Below are positions 48,903 to 64,000 of a DNA stretch of 64,000 nt, in pieces (position 1 is the stretch's first letter; each line of letters starts with the position of its first letter). The DNA is taken from assembly GCF_009914755.1 (NCBI RefSeq), contig NC_060935.1; one strand, 5' to 3'. The translations under genes and the position numbers were made by a program. The DNA is from the human T2T-CHM13v2.0 reference genome, Homo sapiens. The notes under the pieces are model-generated. The model did no database searches and was not told the DNA's origin. It saw only the letters and a program-made list of their open reading frames with translations.

Positions 48903-49782
48903 GCTTTATGTCTTATTTTTATGTCAGATTTTCCAGGTGCCCTGATCCTGTTAATGCCATCATTTCCTTACCTGTTGTTTATTTTTCTTTCAAAATACAA
49001 CCACATATCATTTATGAATGATATGATAAATACTTGGGGATATCTAGCAGAGGAATTGGTATTCGAAGAAGTACTTGACTAATATAATAATAATGTTAAT
49101 TGCTAACATTTATTGAACATTTAATACACCCTGTTGAGTACTTAATGTATATTAACTCACTGAGTTATCTTCTTAAGAACCATATTTTTTAAAAGGCTAT
49201 TAGCGGCTGGGCGTGGTAGCTGATGCCTATAATCCCAGCACTGTGGGAGGCTGAGGCGGGTAGATCATGAGGTCAGGAGTACAAGACCAGCCTGGTCAAG
49301 ATGGTGAAACCCCGTCTCTACTAAAAATACAAAAATTAGCCGGGCATGGTGGTGGGCTCCTGTAATCCCAGCTACTTGGGAGGCTGAGGCGAGGTATTGC
49401 TTGAACCTGGGAGGCGGAGGTTGCAGTGAGCTGAGATTGCACCACTGCACTCCAGCTTGGGCGACAGAGCAAGATTGTGCCTCAAAAAAACAAACAAACA
49501 AAAACAAAATAACAACAAAAAAACGCTATTAGCTTGATCTTGTAGATTAGGAAGTGAGAGTTAGAGGGGTAGGCAAAGTAATTGTCCATGGTTACACAGC
49601 TAGTAAGTGGCAAAGTTGGGAATACTGGCAGTTAGACCTCAGAGCTTTTGCTCCAGACCACTGTAGTTTATGGTCTCTTTGTGGTTATATTTACAAAGAA
49701 AAATAAATAACAGGTAAGGAAATGATGGCATTAACAGGATCAGGGCACCTGGAAAATCTGACATAAAAATAAGACATAAAGC
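48903..49782. repeat. 103-bp non-Alu inverted repeat (48903-49005 vs 49680-49782)
   Basis: Arms are reverse complements with 4 mismatches; the ORF track shows the same peptide [29 protein letters not shown] on + (48888..) and - (49639..49845). Confidence 0.95.
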
Positions 49783-50259
49783 TAGTAAAGATGATTTGGA
49801 GCCAGATTTTTTTTTTTTTTTTGAGATGGAGTCTCGCTCTGTCACTCAGGCCGGAATGCAGTGGCACAGTCTCGGCTCACTGCAACCTCCACCTCCTAGG
49901 TTCAAGTGATTTTCCTGCTTTACCCTCCTGAGTAACTGGGATTACAGCACGTGCCATCATGCCCAGCTAATTTTTGTATTTTTAGTAGAGATGGGGTTTC
50001 ACCATGTTGGCTAGGCTGGTCTTGAACTCCTGACCTCAAGTGTTCCACCCATCTCTACCTCCTAAAGTGCTGGGATTACAGGTGTGAGCCACTGTGCCTG
50101 GCCAGAAATGTCATCTAATTCCTAAGTTTGCCTTTCTAGTTAAAATCTTTATTGGGGCAGGAAAAACAACAGTGTTCATATTTCATAAGTTATCTTCTCT
50201 TTTGGATTAGAAAGATACAAGAATCACCATAAATGAAGATGTGATATTTTAAAAATTAG

Positions 50260-50517
<258 letters not shown>

Positions 50518-51201
50518 TGACCTCAAGTGATCCGCCAGCCTCAGCTTCCAAAGTGTTAGAATTACAGGTGTGAGCCACCACGCCCAGCTATTAGATTTCA
50601 TTTTCTAAAAGAACATGAAAAGTCGAGATGAGATAGATATAGAGGATATTTTAACTAATTTTTTACATCCACATGGTAGATAATCTTCAGCTATATAGTG
50701 CTTTTTAAAAAAGTCCAGTATGAAGCCACATGTGGTAGCTCACGCCTGTAATCCCAACACTTTAGGAGGCCAAGGTAGGTGGATCAGTTGAGGTCAGGAG
50801 TTCGAAACCAGCCTGGCCAACATGGTGAAACCCCGTCTCTACCAAAAAATAAAAATTTAGCTGTGTGTGATGGTGCATGCCTGTAGTCCCAGCTACTCAG
50901 GAGGCTGATGTGGGAGAATCTCTTGAACCTGAGTGGCAGACGTTGCAGTGAGCTGAGATGGCACCACCATACTCCAGCCTGGGCAACAGAGTGAGACACT
51001 ATCTCAGAAAAAAAAAAAAAAAAGAAGTCCAGTATGAGTTAGTAAGTGCTTCATAGTAGTGACATTGTATTCAACAGGTGAAACAACTGGTCATTTAGTA
51101 CGTAGTTTATTTTCTTGGGTGGGTCAAGAACTTGTTTGTGATTTCAAACCCAGTCCCTTACAATATTAGAAGTAAATACATTCTCACTCTTAGACTCCTG
51201 A

Positions 51202-51478
<277 letters not shown>

Positions 51479-51867
51479 TGATCCGCCTGCCTTGGCCTCC
51501 CAAAGTTCTGGGATTACAGGCGTGAGCCACTGCGCCTGGCCTCATTTTGGTGTTTCTAAGAAGGCAGAGAGCTGACTTTCATTGCCTTGGGCCTTCATAA
51601 CACAGGGGAATTTGGGCAAAAGGGGATGTTAGTTTCTATTGTTATAAAAATTTTTGAGGTAGCTATGTGAAATTTGGCACGTCATAGTGACAAGGCTTCC
51701 TTCAGATTATAAAGGTTAGAAAAGTCCGTTCATCTCCAAAATGCCAGACATAAAGGTACATGGATACTTTAATATAATACTAAGAACATACAATAGAGTT
51801 TTAAGGAGTTAAGGCACAGTGGTTATGGTAATGTTGATCCAAATATAGTATTTTGTTTCCTTTTTAG

Positions 51868-52041
51868 ATTACAGTGTATCTGCAAACTCCAGAATAGTTA
51901 TTGTCACAGCAGGTGCAAGGCAGCAGGAGGGAGAAACTCGCCTTGCCCTGGTCCAACGTAATGTGGCTATAATGAAATCAATCATTCCTGCCATAGTCCA
52001 TTATAGTCCTGATTGTAAAATTCTTGTTGTTTCAAATCCAG
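51868..52041 (+). CDS. LDHC: LDHC exon 4
   Basis: (D)[57 protein letters not shown]; 174 nt; AG/GT. Confidence 0.98.
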
Positions 52042-52109
52042 GTGAGTCTTCTCTCTTCCATTCTATTGCATAAGGATGATCTTTCCATACCATTCCTTTA
52101 AAAGAATCA

Positions 52110-53010
52110 ACTTCATTGAGTTAACATTTATATACAATAAATTGCACTCGTTTAAAGTATATAACGCGATGAGTTTTGATAAATGTAATCACTCATGAAA
52201 CTACCGCCATGATCAAGATACAAAACATTTCAGCTACCTCTGAAAGTTTTCTTGTGCCTCCTTGCAGTTCATCTCTCATTCCACCCCTGGCCCCATTTTC
52301 TGGAATTTTATATGAATGAAATCATGCTGAATGTAATTTTTTCTGCCTGACTTCTTTCACCCAGCATAATTATTTTGGGATTCATCCATATTAGTGAGTG
52401 TATCATATTGTTCCTTTTTTAGTGCCAAAGTATTCTTTTGTTTATACATTTTTTTGTTTGTGTGTTTGAGATGGGGTCTCACTCTGAGATGGGGTGTCAC
52501 TCAACCTCTGTCTCACTCGAGGTTGGAGTGCAGGGCGTAATCTTGACTCACTGTAACCTTTGCCTCACATTGATCCTCCCACCTCAGGCTCAATTGATCC
52601 TCCCACCTCAGGCTCCCCAGTAGCTGGGACCACAGGCATGTCCCACCACACCCAGCTAATTTTCATATTTTTGGTAGAAGTGGGGTTTCACTATTTTGTC
52701 CGGTCTGGTCCGGAACTCCTAAGCTCAGGTAGTCTACTCGCCTTGGCCTCCTAAAGTGCTGGGATTACAGATGTGAGCCACTGCACCCAGCCATTGTTTA
52801 TACATTTAAAATGCTATTTTGTTTATTCATCTGTTGAAACATATTGAGGTTATTTCCAGTTTTGGGCTATTATGAGTGAAACTAACATCATAATTTGTAT
52901 GTAAGTATTTGTGTGGTCATATGTCTTTATTTCTCTTGGGTAAATACCTGGGAGTAACATACGTGGGTTATATGGTAGGTATATGTTTAACTCTATCAGA
53001 AATTACCAAA
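52110..53010 (-). mobile_element. L1ME-like 3' fragment with inserted Alu
   Basis: TAACATTTATATACAATAAATTGCAC...GATGAGTTTTGATAAATG; TTTATTTCTCTTGGGTAAATACCT. Confidence 0.65.
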
Positions 53011-53290
53011 CAGGTTGGGCATTGTGGCTCATGCCTGTAATCCTAGCACTTTGGGAGGCTGAGGCAGAAGGATCGCTTGAGCCTAGGAGTTTGAGACCAG
53101 TGTGGGCAACATAGGGAGACCTTGTCTGTACATAAAATAAAGTAAAAAAGCTGGGTATGAAGATTGCATAAGCCTGGGAGATCTGGGCTGCAGTGAGCTG
53201 TGGTTGTGCCACTGCACTCCAGCCTGAGTGGCAGAGTGAAACCTTGTCTCAAAAAAAAAAACCAAAGCAAACAAAAAAAAAACAGTTTTA

Positions 53291-53479
<189 letters not shown>

Positions 53480-53486
53480 CTACTCA

Positions 53487-53591
<105 letters not shown>

Positions 53592-53982
53592 TCAAAAAAT
53601 AAAAATAAAAATAAATAAATAAAATAAAATAAATTTTAGCCAATCCAATATCATTGTGTGTGTTTTTGTTTTGTTTTGTTTTGTTTTTTTGTTTTTGAGA
53701 TGGAGTCTTGCTCTGTCCCAGGCTGGAGTGCAGTGGCATGACCTTGGCTCACCACAATCTCCTTGTCGCAGGTTCAAGCGATTCTCCTGTTCAGCCTCCC
53801 ATGTTGCTGGGACTGCAGGTGCACACCACCACGCCTGGCTAATTTTTGTATTTGTATTTTTAGTAAAGACGAGGTTACACCATGTTGGCCAGGCTGGTCT
53901 CAAACTCCTGACCTCAGGTGATCCACCTGCCTCGCCTCCCAAAGTTCTGGGATTACAGGTGTGAGCCACTGCACCCGGCCTG

Positions 53983-57071
<3,089 letters not shown>

Positions 57072-57348
57072 TGACTACCCTTCTTATCTCTACTAATGCT
57101 TATTTCCTTTAAAGTTTTTTTCCTGATATTAATATAGTTGTATAAGTTTAATTTTTTTGGTATTTCCCTGGTGTAACTTTTACTATTCCTTTAGTTTCAA
57201 TCTTTTGCATCATTGATTTAGCTATCTTTCATAAAATAGTCCACAAAGCATATAGCTGTTTTAATAGTCAATATGAGTGTTTCTCTTATCTGTAATACTT
57301 TTTTATTTATTGTGATTTTTTTAAACAGCTTTATTAAGACATAATTCA

Positions 57349-57761
57349 TGATATGGTTTGGATCTGTGTCCCTGCCCAAATCTCATGTTGAATTGTAATC
57401 CCCAGTGTGGGAGCTGGGGCCTGGTGGGAGGTGGTTGGATCATGGAGGCAGGTTGTCATGGTTTAACACCATCCGCCTTAGTACTGTTTTCACAATAGTG
57501 AGTTCTTGTGAGATCTGGTTGTTTAAAAGTGTGTGGCACCCCCCTCCCCGACCCCCGCTGTAGCCATATAAGACTCTCCTGCTTCCCCTTAGCCTTCTTC
57601 TATGATTGAAAGTTTCCTGAGGCCTCTCAGGAAGCCAAGCAGATGCCAGCATTGTGCTTCCTGTACAGCTTGCAGAATTGTGAGCCAGTTGAACCTCTTT
57701 TCTTTGTAAGTTGCCCAGTCTCAGGTATTTCTTTATAGCAATGTGAGAATGGACTAATACA
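57349..57761 (+). mobile_element. Solo MaLR LTR (MSTA-like), complete, with 5-bp TSD
   Basis: TGATATGGTTTGGATCTGTGTCCC...GGACTAATACA; TSD ATTCA at 57344-57348 and 57762-57766; inserted in an L1M 3' fragment. Confidence 0.92.
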
Positions 57762-58606
57762 ATTCATGTACCATAAAATTCAACCAGCAAATTACAGAAT
57801 TCATGAGTTTCTGGTATATTCACAGGGTTGTACTAACATCACCACAATCTAAATACAGAATCTTTTCATCAGCCCAAAATGAAATCCGCATCTTTTTCCC
57901 CTACCCTAGCCCCAGGCAACCACTAATCTACTTTCTCACTCTGTAGATTTATTTATTCCAGATTTTTCATATAAATGAAATAATATGTGATTTTAACTAT
58001 TGAGGCCACACCAACCTCTCTCTTTACTGAATTTAAACATTTAGTCTCTGCTACATGGTTAGAACTTTATACTTTTTACAGTGTTCTTTAATTGTGTCAT
58101 GTATGTAAATCTTCTTTCCATAATGGCAATAAACCAATTGAGAATAAAGACCATTTGTTCAAACATTCATTTATTTATTCAAAATATTTAGAGTGCCCTT
58201 TTCTTTATAATCCAAGAGCCATAATATAACAAATACTTTATTTGATTTGGACAAATATTTCTTCAGCCAGAGCCTTACTTTGACCCTGTTGGCTTGTGTT
58301 ATTTTTCCTGAAGTTCATTAAAACTAATTTTCTCTGGTATATTTTAATTTCTCACATTTAATATTCTATAACTTTATTTTTAGAAAACAGTATATTCTGA
58401 TTAGTATTAATTTGAACATGTTTAGTATTCTATTTAGCATGATTTTTCGGTTTCCTTCCTCTTTTTCTGTTTTCCATTGGATCTACTTTCTTTAATTTCC
58501 TCTAATACTTTGAATTATACACTTACCTTATAAATGGTTATCTATAAATTTTTAACATTCATACTTGACCTCAGATGATAAATTTATTTACTCTCCTTTG
58601 GGATAA

Positions 58607-58924
<318 letters not shown>

Positions 58925-59559
58925 TAATACAAAGATCTTAGAATGCTTTTAGTTTGATCATCCCCTTTTTTTGATGTTGACACCATCCTCTTTCTGTCAT
59001 ACATGTAATTATTAATTCCTTTTCTGTATCCATACTGTTCTTATATCCCCAAACTAGTTATAATTATTATTATTTGAATAGTTAATACTTGTTCAGATTT
59101 ATTTACAGGTTGGCCAGTTGTGTTGCTTATCTTTATTTTCTCCATCTAATTTCTTCCCCTGGATTCAATTTATTTCTTCCTGAACTCTATCCTGTTGGTG
59201 TTGTTTATATGACTGTTTTAGTCTCATCTTATTCTGGAATGACAGGTTAATTGGATGTGAGATTCTAGATTGACAGTTATTCCTCCTTGGCTCTTGTTTA
59301 CTATTGAGAAGTATGGTATTAATTTGACATTCTTTTCCCTCTCATTGCTTATATTTTATCTTTCTTATCAGTCTTTTTCTTTGTTTATACTGCATTTTGC
59401 ATATTGCTTAAAAATATGTATGTTGCTTAAAAATGCCTCCTATACCACACAATTATAAATAAATTCTACTACATATTTTCTAACAACCTTATAATTTTAT
59501 TTCTTACATTTCCCTCTTTTATACATTTGAAACCTATTTTTATGTATGGTGTAAGGTGG

Positions 59560-60566
<1,007 letters not shown>

Positions 60567-60658
60567 GGTGGCAACTTAACTTAAAAAAACAACACTGAAC
60601 TCAAACTCCTGATGCCATATTGGGAAGAAGAGTTTATTTTGAGATCTGTATTTTTTAG

Positions 60659-60776
60659 TGCCCTTATGGAGTGGGGTGAATGTTGCTGGTGTTGCTCTGA
60701 AGACTCTGGACCCTAAATTAGGAACGGATTCAGATAAGGAACACTGGAAAAATATCCATAAACAAGTTATTCAAAG
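60659..60776 (+). CDS. LDHC: LDHC exon 6 (exons 7-8 lie beyond the window)
   Basis: (V)[38 protein letters not shown](S); 118 nt; AG/GT. Confidence 0.98.
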
Positions 60777-60999
60777 GTAATAGTACCTATTCAGTTTCTT
60801 AATGCCTTAATAGTCAGTCTTAAGAATAAATATCACGGACAAAAATCAAGTAGTTGATCCTTGCTTTTTGTGAGATAAATAACCCTAGGCTTCTGAAAAC
60901 CACTAAATTCAGACTTATACATAGCTTTCTTTTTGGGGGCATTTTTCAAAAAGAAAAAGTACTTATTATTTCACAACTCATATATTTGAGAGTAATAAA

Positions 61000-61240
61000 A
61001 GCATAGTGATTATGAGCATGGACTTTGGACCCAGGTTGTCCAGGTTTGAAACCTGCTTCATCATTTATTAGTGATATGATATTGGGAAATTACTTAAAAT
61101 ATCAGAAGTTGTTTACTTATCTTCGAAATGGGGATAATTATAGAACCTACTTTACATAATAGCCTTATGGAGAGTAAATAAGTTAATACTACATGTAAAA
61201 TGCTAGAACCATGCCAAGAACTTATTAAATGTTCATCATT
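61000..61240 (+). mobile_element. MIR
   Basis: GCATAGTGATTATGAGCATGGACTTTGGA...AAATGGGGATAAT...ACATGTAAAATGCTAGAAC. Confidence 0.7.
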
Positions 61241-61386
61241 TGAGTAGATGAAACATTAAGCTAATGCAGATGATCAGAAATCAATATGGTTTTCTTATAA
61301 ATGAAGCATCTGACTCCATATATATTAGCCTTAACAGCACACAGGATTATTCTTCATGGTTTAGTCAAGAGTCAAGTTACATATTA

Positions 61387-64000
<2,614 letters not shown>

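Noticed and set aside
48865-49032. Direct repeats with a spacer resembling a CRISPR unit
   Set aside because: Only two full copies in eukaryotic intronic DNA with no cas genes; better explained as a duplication flanking an insertion.

Overview
Primate (almost certainly human, recognised as the 11p15.1 LDHA-LDHC locus) genomic DNA. It holds the complete LDHA gene on +: CpG-island promoter at ~16.5-16.8 kb, non-coding exon 1, and seven coding exons from 18974 to 29407 totalling 999 nt / 332 aa. LDHA also has an internal NRF1-type promoter and an alternative exon that adds a 29-aa N-terminus. About 4 kb downstream lies the 5' part of the paralog LDHC on + (exons 1-6; the gene runs off the window). 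The Alu-derived hairpin MIR3159 sits ~6.7 kb upstream of LDHA. The rest is dominated by Alus, with L1, MaLR/ERVL LTR, MER, MIR and L2 fragments; nearly all ORFs in the supplied track are Alu or L1 read-throughs. I find no convincing new gene family or prokaryote-style system. The observations the annotation does not explain are: (1) a 103-bp templated inverted duplication flanked by a 23-bp direct repeat in LDHC intron 3, whose arm overlaps a candidate 57-nt poison exon; (2) an exactly in-frame LDHA exon 7 to LDHC exon 2 read-through junction; (3) Maf/ARE-type motifs at and upstream of the LDHA promoter; (4) repeated reuse of single L1-endonuclease target sites. Repeat subfamily names are from recalled consensus sequences, not a RepeatMasker run.
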